A stretch of 63,503 nucleotides of DNA, filler included. It is 8 parts of 8 records of this genome, joined end to end, with 100 filler letters (N's around TTAATTAATTAA, not from the genome) between each part and the next. Parts side by side here need not be neighbours in the genome. Positions count along the whole stretch, not along the records: positions 1 to 6,913 come from SRR20825006_1574; positions 7,014 to 19,642 come from SRR20825006_1578; 6 more parts are not named here. The stretch is one strand, 5' to 3'. Positions 1 to 7,969 of this stretch are shown here, piece by piece. Every line of letters begins with the position of its first letter. Position 1 is the first letter of the stretch. A program made the position numbers and the translations under genes. The notes below the pieces were generated by a model. It ran no database searches. It had not been told where the DNA came from and worked only from the letters and a program-made list of their open reading frames with translations.

Positions 1-1
1 T

Positions 2-79
2 AATGTCTTAAAGAAAAGCTTTGGCCAACAGGAACGCTTAGATAAAAAGCTGTTTGATGAAGTCTATGCTATGGCATAA
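2..79 (+). CDS. C-terminal fragment of a gene cut by the window edge; resembles the end of flavobacterial ICE DUF932 proteins
   Basis: Frame 2 reads NVLKKSFGQQERLDKKLFDEVYAMA* and is followed by a terminator. Family call is from recollection only. Confidence 0.45.
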   Translation, partial: NVLKKSFGQQERLDKKLFDEVYAMA

Positions 80-95
80 ATTAAATAAAGGTTTG

Positions 96-120
96 TCCAG
101 TACCTCAAACTGGATTTTTT
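96..120 (+). terminator. Intrinsic terminator
   Basis: TCCAGT-acctcaa-ACTGGA followed by TTTTTT, between convergent genes. Confidence 0.6.
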
Positions 121-130
121 ATATAGATGA

Positions 131-1192
131 TTAAAAATTTCGGTTTTTTCTTTCTCGATAGCGCTCATCTCTAATTTCAGCAAAGTAGCCAGACATTCTG
201 TAAGATTTAGCGTGTTGGGTTTGTTTGACAAATGAAAAATTTGGTTTAATGGTATATGGTGTTTTATGATGTTGCACTATTACTGATTCCGTTTCTTCAT
301 CTTCTTTTACAGGGTCGAATTGTTTTAATTCTAATTTCTTTTGTCCTTGAAATCGTTGAGAACTTTCCAATATCTGTTCAAACTGAAAGTCTGTTACTTT
401 TTCATTACCATATAGCGTCTTATTTGCATAAAGACAGGTGAGGGTATTTAAAAATTCTACATCGCTTTCATTTAATAAAATATCGCTAAACTGATTCCTA
501 TATCCAACTTTATACACTTTAGGGTCATACATTACTAAGGTCAAGTCGGGCGACAATGGATAAAATATTTGCAATCCTTTGCTAAGCATCCCATAATGAC
601 CAAATGAAAAATTACGTGATTCTAAAAATTGATTGTATTTTGAAACGGGATTATCGCTCGTAATTAGTGACTTATTTGTGTTGTTTTCAAGAAGCTTTAT
701 CTGTAAGTCCAGCATCATAGGCAAACTGTTTAGTAAAATATCCAAGGCTTTCTCACTTGCATCGTCATATCCAAAAAAGTGAGTGTCAAAATCAAAATCT
801 TTAAATTTTGAATCAAACTTCATTGCAGTTTTCATTGTTTTATCTACCACGTTGTTAAATTCGTCAACATTGGCTCTCGTCCGATATGCTTGAAGTAAAA
901 TAAATAACCATATCCAGTAATATTCGTCAGATTTATTCTTAGGCAATCGCTTCGACCTTATTATTTCCTTTAAAATTACCGAGGTTGTGTCTTCAATATT
1001 TCCGAACCATTCTTCTCGCTCTAAGTCTTTTCCATAAAAATAGTCCTCTTGCGCCTGATTTTCTAAATCTGCGTTTTGAATTATTTTACCAGTTCTCTTT
1101 ATGCAAACTTTTATTTTTTTATGATTATTAGCAACGCTGAAAAATTTCAAATAAAATTTTGGAACGTAGTGTTGCTTCTTCTTTTCTGCCAT
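131..1192 (-). CDS. DUF4238 domain protein
   Basis: N-terminal KKQHYVPKFYLKFF and internal LITSDNPV...PLSP motifs. Start moved to MAEKKKQ (1192). Confidence 0.85.
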   Translation of the reverse strand: MAEKKKQHYVPKFYLKFFSVANNHKKIKVCIKRTGKIIQNADLENQAQEDYFYGKDLEREEWFGNIEDTTSVILKEIIRSKRLPKNKSDEYYWIWLFILLQAYRTRANVDEFNNVVDKTMKTAMKFDSKFKDFDFDTHFFGYDDASEKALDILLNSLPMMLDLQIKLLENNTNKSLITSDNPVSKYNQFLESRNFSFGHYGMLSKGLQIFYPLSPDLTLVMYDPKVYKVGYRNQFSDILLNESDVEFLNTLTCLYANKTLYGNEKVTDFQFEQILESSQRFQGQKKLELKQFDPVKEDEETESVIVQHHKTPYTIKPNFSFVKQTQHAKSYRMSGYFAEIRDERYRERKNRNF

Positions 1193-1261
1193 ACAGTAAA
1201 TAATTGTATTTAAAATTTTAAGGTCAATCCTAATTTGAGATTGTAAAGGTAGAAAAATACC

Positions 1262-1337
1262 AATTTTTGCCACTTAATCTATATAGTGGCGAAAATTTGT
1301 TTTCAAATATTCGCCACTTTTTTGTATTTTTGGCAAA
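1262..1337. promoter_or_regulatory. Two inverted repeats, putative AbiEi-type antitoxin operators in the divergent promoter
   Basis: AATTTTTGCCACT-N10-AGTGGCGAAAATT (1262-1297) and a weaker copy TTCGCCACT-N10-TTTGGCAAA (1310-1337). Confidence 0.65.
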
Positions 1338-1353
1338 GTTTTGATTTTTAACT

Positions 1354-2121
1354 ATGCCAAAGATTATAGAAAATAAGCTAATAGAGAACTTCAAGGACAA
1401 AAGTTCTTTTGATAGAGATGAACTCTATGACTTTTATCTAAATTTTGAACCAGACCTAAAGGAAAGCACCTTTAGTTGGCGAATTTATGACCTGAAGAAA
1501 AAGGACATAATTAAAACCATTGGTCGTGGACTTTATGTTATTTCCTATAAACCTAAATATAAGCCTCTTCTATCAGATAGTGTGTTCAAAATAGCCCGTA
1601 AAACCAATGAGCGTTTTGAAGATATAAAATATGCCATTTGGGAAACCCAATGGCTCAATGAGTTTTCTCAGCACCAGACGTCAAATCAAATGATTGTCGT
1701 CGAAGTAGAAAAAGAGTTTGTAGACTCACTCTATTACTATCTAAATGATAATCTAAGAATGGATTTTTTCCTAAATCCAGATGAAAAGGAAATTCAATTC
1801 TATATTTCAGAAAGTAACGTCCCAGTTATCATTAAACGTTTGGTGACAAGGGCACCTATCCAAAAAATAAAAAATAAAAAAGCGGTAGTGCCCATTGCAA
1901 CTCTTGAAAAGATTATGGTGGACCTGTTTGCAGATGAAAATCTGCTACATTTTTACCAAGGCTCAGAAATGACAAATATCTACGAGAAAATTATTGACAC
2001 ATATAACATCAATTTCACAAAGCTTTTTAGCTATGCCAAAAGACGCAAAAAGGAACAGGAAATCAAACAATTTATAAGCAGGCACGTTCCAAATTTTTTA
2101 GAAGACATTCAGTATGATTAA
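1354..2121 (+). CDS. AbiEi-like (DUF6577-type) antitoxin / winged-helix regulator
   Basis: N-terminal wHTH (WRIYDLKKKDIIKTIGRGLY), C-terminal TLEKIMVDL...YAKRR; overlaps the downstream nucleotidyltransferase. Confidence 0.85.
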   Translation: MPKIIENKLIENFKDKSSFDRDELYDFYLNFEPDLKESTFSWRIYDLKKKDIIKTIGRGLYVISYKPKYKPLLSDSVFKIARKTNERFEDIKYAIWETQWLNEFSQHQTSNQMIVVEVEKEFVDSLYYYLNDNLRMDFFLNPDEKEIQFYISESNVPVIIKRLVTRAPIQKIKNKKAVVPIATLEKIMVDLFADENLLHFYQGSEMTNIYEKIIDTYNINFTKLFSYAKRRKKEQEIKQFISRHVPNFLEDIQYD

Positions 2122-3217
2122 TGACAAAAGCTTTACAAAGGAATGGCTGGATAGCTTCCGTGCAAAAAAGGAACATAAAGGCATCAATGTAACCATTCTT
2201 GAAAAAATGGTTCACGCCCTATCATTACTGGAACATCTAAAAGTTTCAGGACTTGATTTTGTTTTCAAAGGGGGAACATCACTTGTGCTTTTGCTAAAAG
2301 AAGGGAACCGATTTTCTATTGATATCGATATTATTTCGAGCGTTGAGCGTGATAAATTAGAAGAAATTTTGGATGCAGTTGTAGCCAATTCACATTTCAA
2401 AAAGCACGTGCTTAATGAGCATAGAAGTTATAAGGAAGGTGTTCCAAAGGCACATTATACCTTTGAGTTTGATTCAGTTTATAACCCAAACGTTTCAGGA
2501 ACCATTCTATTGGATATTCTTTTTGACAGTCCGCACTACCCAGCACTCGTTGAGACTTCAGTAAATACACCCTGGCTTTCTGTTGACGAAACGGCTACAA
2601 AAATCACTACACCTTCCATAGATTCTATTTGTGGCGATAAGCTGACCGCTTTTGCACCAGAGACTATAGGAATTCCATATTACAAAGGAGACCAATTATT
2701 TGCAATGGAAATCTGCAAGCAATTGTTCGATTTAAGCAAATTATTTGAAAACATTACAGATATAACAACGGTAAAGAAAAGTTTTTCCGCTTTTGCGAAA
2801 GCAGAGTTATCCTATCGAAGTTCAGATAAAGAGTTTAGTAGTAGAGAGCTTACTGAAAACGACGTGCTTTGGGATTCTTTAAATACCTGTGCAATTCTCG
2901 CAAGACGAGAACGTAATCCAACAGCTGAAACAAAAGAGAAATTTGCCAATTTAAATCTTGGCATACGCAGTTTCGGTAGTGCATTCCTAATGACCGGAAA
3001 TTTCAGAATAGAAGAAGCACTTGCAGCTTCGGCCAGAGTAGCCTATTTGAATGCCATTCTTCTGCAAAAAGAGGTTGTTGAAATCGAATATTATGAAGGT
3101 CAAAACATAAGTGAACTCACAATTGAAAAAGCAGATTGGGCATTTTTGAACAGACTAAAACGCCAACCCGATAAATCTATATTTTATTATTGGTACAAGG
3201 CTGTAGAACTATTGTAA
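2114..3217 (+). CDS. AbiEii/AbiGii nucleotidyltransferase toxin (type IV TA)
   Basis: FVFKGGTSL, RFSIDIDI, DKLTA and KQLFDL motifs. Confidence 0.92.
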   Translation: MINDKSFTKEWLDSFRAKKEHKGINVTILEKMVHALSLLEHLKVSGLDFVFKGGTSLVLLLKEGNRFSIDIDIISSVERDKLEEILDAVVANSHFKKHVLNEHRSYKEGVPKAHYTFEFDSVYNPNVSGTILLDILFDSPHYPALVETSVNTPWLSVDETATKITTPSIDSICGDKLTAFAPETIGIPYYKGDQLFAMEICKQLFDLSKLFENITDITTVKKSFSAFAKAELSYRSSDKEFSSRELTENDVLWDSLNTCAILARRERNPTAETKEKFANLNLGIRSFGSAFLMTGNFRIEEALAASARVAYLNAILLQKEVVEIEYYEGQNISELTIEKADWAFLNRLKRQPDKSIFYYWYKAVELL

Positions 3218-3227
3218 CTTAACGTGA

Positions 3228-4646
3228 ATGGACTTAAAGTATATTATAGAAATCTGTGTCGCTATCGACATCGCAATTTTGGGTATAGCATATCCTATTA
3301 TCGTGGATAAAATATCCAATATAGGCCACAAGTTTTCATCAAACTATCTGGCTAATGCTTTTGAAAATGAATTTCCGCAGACAAAACTTTTTGGGATATT
3401 TCCCGGAAGGTCAAGAAGAATAACAGTATTTGAATGGGTTTTGTTCTTTACAATCGGCTCGTTTATATTCTTAATATTAGACCGTGAACCACTATTTTGG
3501 AAGGATAGTTGGATGATGCAAAACTCAGCAAAACTTCTAACGCTATTCTTAACAGTATCATTGGTTGTCATTTTTATTATTTGGTTAGATAAGGTTTCGC
3601 TGTACAATGGCAAGTCCACACGTTTGCTTACCTATATAATTTCCGAATACCGAAAGCTAAAAAAAGATCAAGATGATAAATACCATTTTAAGATTATCAA
3701 TGAACTTGCAATATTTGCCATTAGGACACAGGATAAAGGTTTAGAGGAAACATTGGTTAATTTCTACACGGAAGAATTCAATAATTACCGTGCTAACTTC
3801 ATTAGACCAAGAGAGGAAGAAAAACCAGATGGATTTGAAAACTTTAAAGTTGAGTTTAATCACGAGTTTCATTATGGTATTAGGGAAATTATAAGAGAAG
3901 TTGCCAAAGGTAGAAATGAAGACTTGCAAAGTCTCGAATATTTTGTTGTAAGTGGCGTATGGTTAATGGGACAAGGTATTTTTGAAACCCCCATCTCAAA
4001 TGACACCTATAAAGAACTTTGGCGCAATGTTGTACTTATATCAAACAATCCCAAATTTGTAGGTAACTATTGGGGTACGGCACATCAATATTTCAATTTT
4101 GGATTGCAACGAGTCTTTGGCACAGATTACAATTTTGAGACTAAAAAATATGATAACCAGTCATTAATAGATAAAAGAGACAACGAAAGAAAACGTTTTT
4201 TTGAGTTTCACTTGGCATTAGGAGGCTTATTGATTTATCAGAAAAACTATGAAGCCCTTAAAACATTATTTACATACACACAAAACCAGCCACCTAAATA
4301 TGTTCTGCTGCCTAATAATATGACCGAGATTTTTACGTGGTTCAGTAGCTTTAAAGACGAGTTTGGGAGAGGTAATTACCCTATTGATTTATCATACCCT
4401 TTCCCAGGATTGGATAATTTAGGAAACAGAAGGCGTGTTACATTCTACATCTGTCAGTATTTGACGTTGCTTTTTCTAAGGCAGTTTAAATTGCCTAAAT
4501 ACAATACCTACGATAACTTCACAGGACAACCTAATTTACCACAAACCGAAGTGTTAGAACTATTACTGTGGCAAGAATCCATAAATTATTTCAGGTTTTG
4601 TTTAAAAAAGGTGTTGAAAGATGAAAATCTCTTAAATACAATATGA
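3228..4646 (+). CDS. Hypothetical membrane protein (three N-terminal hydrophobic segments plus large soluble region); probably the N-terminal part of a split gene
   Basis: 472-aa ORF with hydrophobic stretches IIEICVAIDIAILGIAYPIIV, VFEWVLFFTIGSFIFLIL and LLTLFLTVSLVVIFIIWL. Confidence 0.8.
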   Translation: MDLKYIIEICVAIDIAILGIAYPIIVDKISNIGHKFSSNYLANAFENEFPQTKLFGIFPGRSRRITVFEWVLFFTIGSFIFLILDREPLFWKDSWMMQNSAKLLTLFLTVSLVVIFIIWLDKVSLYNGKSTRLLTYIISEYRKLKKDQDDKYHFKIINELAIFAIRTQDKGLEETLVNFYTEEFNNYRANFIRPREEEKPDGFENFKVEFNHEFHYGIREIIREVAKGRNEDLQSLEYFVVSGVWLMGQGIFETPISNDTYKELWRNVVLISNNPKFVGNYWGTAHQYFNFGLQRVFGTDYNFETKKYDNQSLIDKRDNERKRFFEFHLALGGLLIYQKNYEALKTLFTYTQNQPPKYVLLPNNMTEIFTWFSSFKDEFGRGNYPIDLSYPFPGLDNLGNRRRVTFYICQYLTLLFLRQFKLPKYNTYDNFTGQPNLPQTEVLELLLWQESINYFRFCLKKVLKDENLLNTI

Positions 4647-4647
4647 T

Positions 4648-5559
4648 ATGAAAAAGAAGGAGATAAAGAAGCTAAAAAAGAAGTCATCAAAATTTATTGA
4701 TGTTCTCGAATCATCACTTGAAGAGGCTATTGAGGCTGCAAGATTAAATGCGGATATTGACTACGAAAAAGAATGGCAATTCTATGAAAAATCTAAAGAT
4801 GCGATTGTTGGTGCATTAGAAAAATTTGATACCATCCAAAATACTGAGGAGAGTTTTGACGGAGAGCCTACTATTTCCTTCGGTGTAAACGGTACAATGA
4901 ATTTATTTCAAAAATCTGCATTTACAACTGGAGATATTCCACATCTAAATGCAGACACGATATTATCCCAGCAGATAGTTTACCAGAACATCAATTATTA
5001 TATTCCCAACGCATTTTTATCAGCTCGGAAAAAACGGTATCTTCTTCGTAAAGAAGATTTAGTAAAAGGGATAGAAAAATTGGGTTTTAATGTGGACAGA
5101 GATATTATTGTAGCAATGAATCTTAATATATACGGTATCGATGATTTCCAGAACATTGAGGAACACATTACCCGAGTTCCATCTACAGGACTCAAAAATG
5201 TACTATTCGTTTTACCGAAAGCCGATTTGCCTATCTTAAAACATAAAGAACTTGATTTAAGTGAGCGAAAAGAGCATCAACTTGGAATATTGGATGATGA
5301 TAGAAAAATCTATGGTTCTTTAATTGACCTAACACAAGATGCCAATGCGAAACATAGAGAAAAATGGAAAAATTCAAACATTGATTTTGCAACCGATTTA
5401 AAAGTGCAGTTAACTGTAGCTTTTATTACTGAAGTTGTTTGGAAAGCCAATGCTAATGTAGTTCAAATTAATATTGAAACTTCATTAAAGGAACAGGGTA
5501 TCGTAAACGAGCTGTCTGATATAGAGAAGTTGGTGCCAAAAAAGGAATCTGATGATTGA
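4648..5559 (+). CDS. Hypothetical protein; possibly the C-terminal part of the preceding gene
   Basis: 303-aa ORF in AT-rich DNA starting 1 nt after the upstream stop. Confidence 0.75.
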   Translation: MKKKEIKKLKKKSSKFIDVLESSLEEAIEAARLNADIDYEKEWQFYEKSKDAIVGALEKFDTIQNTEESFDGEPTISFGVNGTMNLFQKSAFTTGDIPHLNADTILSQQIVYQNINYYIPNAFLSARKKRYLLRKEDLVKGIEKLGFNVDRDIIVAMNLNIYGIDDFQNIEEHITRVPSTGLKNVLFVLPKADLPILKHKELDLSERKEHQLGILDDDRKIYGSLIDLTQDANAKHREKWKNSNIDFATDLKVQLTVAFITEVVWKANANVVQINIETSLKEQGIVNELSDIEKLVPKKESDD

Positions 5560-6343
5560 GTTCAGAAACCCTCATCATATAGAACCACCAGGCGTTTTGC
5601 GACAAATTCTATCTCATCCCGCAAATGACACAGAAGTTATTGAACTTGCAGTTTTTCAAGAACATCGTTACGCATTTTTCTATTGGAACAAATGGGTGCA
5701 AGAGAAGAAACCTAAGAATCCACCTTGTTTGGTCTCATTGGATTGGCATCAGGATTTATGCTGTCCGTGTGACACAGAAAAAGAATGGCTCGATAAATTG
5801 GATTTGACAAGCGATGCAGAAGTTGCTTTGTTTTCTTGGGCCAAATTAGCTGGAAATAACGATGGGCATATTCTGTGTGCGGCATATCTTAACTTGATTG
5901 GCGATATTTATGTGTATTGTAGGCAAGAAATGGGACCAAATACTTGGCAAGATGAAGAATTGATAGACACCTATGGCAACAAACACACCATCAAAAAATT
6001 CAAAACTTATGAAGGTCTTCAAGATGCACTTTTGAAGTCGTCAGAGTCGTCCGTATTTTTTGATATTGACTTGGATTTCTTTTCAGTAAATAACGGCCTG
6101 AGTGATGGCTCGTTCGAATTCACGTATCTTCAGGAAGAAGAAATAAGAACGATGTTAGATAAAGACCATCCGCTAATAAGTTGGATTTTTGAGCGCATAA
6201 AAGGGTTTACTATTGCAACAGAACCTGAACATTGTGGTGGGCTTTTAAAAAGCAACAAATTTCTTGACCTAATTAGTGACATTTATTTCAACCCAGAGTT
6301 ATTTGCACCAAAATGTAATTGGATTTGGAAGCCTAAGTATTAA
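5552..6343 (+). CDS. UPF0489 family protein (arginase/deacetylase-like metal-binding motifs)
   Basis: EHRYAF, LDWHQDL and FDIDLDFFS motifs; 8-nt overlap with upstream ORF. Confidence 0.8.
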   Translation: MIEFRNPHHIEPPGVLRQILSHPANDTEVIELAVFQEHRYAFFYWNKWVQEKKPKNPPCLVSLDWHQDLCCPCDTEKEWLDKLDLTSDAEVALFSWAKLAGNNDGHILCAAYLNLIGDIYVYCRQEMGPNTWQDEELIDTYGNKHTIKKFKTYEGLQDALLKSSESSVFFDIDLDFFSVNNGLSDGSFEFTYLQEEEIRTMLDKDHPLISWIFERIKGFTIATEPEHCGGLLKSNKFLDLISDIYFNPELFAPKCNWIWKPKY

Positions 6344-6913
6344 TAATCCACTCAGCACATTCCCCTACATTCCACGCTCGCCTGCTGAAAAAGCAGGCAA
6401 CCACTTCACTTCGTGAAAAGAGCTTCACTATACAAGTCTTGGACACAATTCCCAATTTCAGCTTTCCATTTCGCTAACCTTTCCCGCTGCGCTGGAAAGG
6501 AACACTTCATTCCAGAGCCAAAATCGTGGATTAAGTCCGCTTTTTTAATCGGAAAGCCATCGGCTTGATTTTCTTGACAGGATTTTCGGCGCGGTCTTCT
6601 TGAGCCCTCACTCGAAAATCCTTAAAAACCAAACCGCTGTCTTACACATTTTAAGGGGTTTATAATGGATAAAGCCTTTGTTGTTTTTCGGGTCGTCGAA
6701 AAACAGGCACGACATAACCAATTCTAATATAAACACAGCCACTTATTTCGCTTAACTGTCGGTACGCTCAAACGCAACTGCGTTTAAAAGAATTGCTAAT
6801 GCCCTTATGGAACTTGTCAAGACTGTACGAGTTTTAGTGAAAAATAAGGTTTCTACTTCCTTGAATCCCGATAGCTATCGAGATTACTACGTCGCAAACA
6901 CACCTGATTTATT
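6344..6913. other. Non-coding region with long-range self-complementarity and several hairpins
   Basis: 6424-6452 pairs imperfectly with 6809-6841; local stems at 6380-6398, 6478-6500, 6579-6622, 6682-6705 and 6770-6785. Confidence 0.7.
6864..6885. repeat. Near-perfect palindrome resembling the dispersed flavobacterial ATCCCGATAGCTATCGGGAT repeat
   Basis: AATCCCGATAGCTATCGAGATT, one mismatched pair. Confidence 0.6.
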
Positions 6914-7013
6914 NNNNNNNNNNNNNNNNNNNNNNNNNNNNNNNNNNNNNNNNNNNNTTAATTAATTAANNNNNNNNNNNNNNNNNNNNNNNNNNNNNNN
7001 NNNNNNNNNNNNN
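6914..7013. other. Artificial contig spacer; identical copies at 19643-19742, 24822-24921, 32899-32998, 39658-39757, 47525-47624 and 57015-57114
   Basis: N44-TTAATTAATTAA-N44 (stops in all six frames); genes are cut at the spacers and composition changes across most of them. Confidence 0.99.
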
Positions 7014-7561
7014 CCTTAAATCGATTGTTGCCATGATAGCTTCCTTTTCTTAGAATAAAGGCACAAATTCTGTTCCATAGGAACTGTCCTTTCAAATGTA
7101 TAACCAAGAAAACATCAGTTAGACTCATAGTTAAAAGTCATTTTTTTTTGTAAGTCCAGATTAAGGAGCCGTTGAAGTCCTAGAAGTCAGAAAGGCTAAT
7201 TTCGGTTTGACTTATGAAGCTTTTTTGAAATCTATTCGATGTTCTTTCTTGCCAAAAGTATTTAAAGTTTTACAAAAAAAACTTGTCTTATTCGGACAAA
7301 ACCTTCTTTAGAAAAAGATATAAGAAATCAAGCTCTCCAACATATCATTTACTTTACCATTAGCGCAATGCTAATGTTTATACCTGTTGTTCAATATATT
7401 TTTGCGGACAGAATGGTACCAAATGATTCCCGATTTTTTCCCATTAAAAAAGTTACTTCTATATCCAAGAGGGATTTCTGAAATAATATTTGGAAGAATA
7501 CTGGCTAAAAAAACACCGCTTTAAACCAAAAAAAGAATAAAAAATCAATTCCTTGAAATAG

Positions 7562-7826
7562 ACCATCAAGAGTAGTGATTTTTCCCAATATACCATTGTT
7601 GGGATGAAAACCTTGGCCGTACTGTTCTTTCTGATCAACATCCTGAAGAAATACAACGAGGGCATCGCGGCTACCGAGGGCCATACCTGGGGCCTCGCCC
7701 CTACGGACTTGGCCAAAAACTTTACGGTGGTCTTGTTGGTCATCTTCTCCACCGAAGTGTTGGGCGTCTTTGACGGCATTTTGGTCGCCATCGAATCCCG
7801 GTACCGAGACACGGCTCCGGCACTTC
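7562..7826 (+). pseudogene. Internal fragment of a conjugative-transposon TraJ/VirB6-like membrane protein
   Basis: TIKSSDFSQYTIVGMKTLAVLFFLINILKKYNEG...RDTAPAL; in-frame TAG just upstream and an abrupt GC rise at about 7560. Confidence 0.6.
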
Positions 7827-7827
7827 G

Positions 7828-7938
7828 GTCCGCTTTGTGGTGGTCTATCCCAAGTTCACCCTGAATTCAGAGGAACGCTTACAAGTAAAAGTATTGGAAA
7901 CCAAAGGAAGCCGCAATCTTACCTTAAAACTGCGCTGA
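7828..7938 (+). pseudogene. C-terminal fragment of a TraN/DUF4138-like protein (not in the ORF track)
   Basis: VRFVVVYPKFTLNSEERLQVKVLETKGSRNLTLKLR* resembles the RFVxxxPKF...LxExxGxRNLxL ending of TraN/DUF4138 proteins. Confidence 0.6.
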
Positions 7939-7969
7939 TCATTTCTCGAACAGGGCAAGGGTCCAATTC

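Noticed and set aside
4644..4700. TGA readthrough or selenocysteine joining the split membrane gene
   Set aside because: In-frame readthrough gives YEKEGDKEAKKEVIKIY and then another TGA. The second ORF is in a different frame.
6914..7013. Recurrent TTAATTAATTAA motif as a biological repeat or att site
   Set aside because: Always centred in an identical N-padded 100-nt block. It is a concatenation linker, so no cross-contig gene linkage can be inferred.
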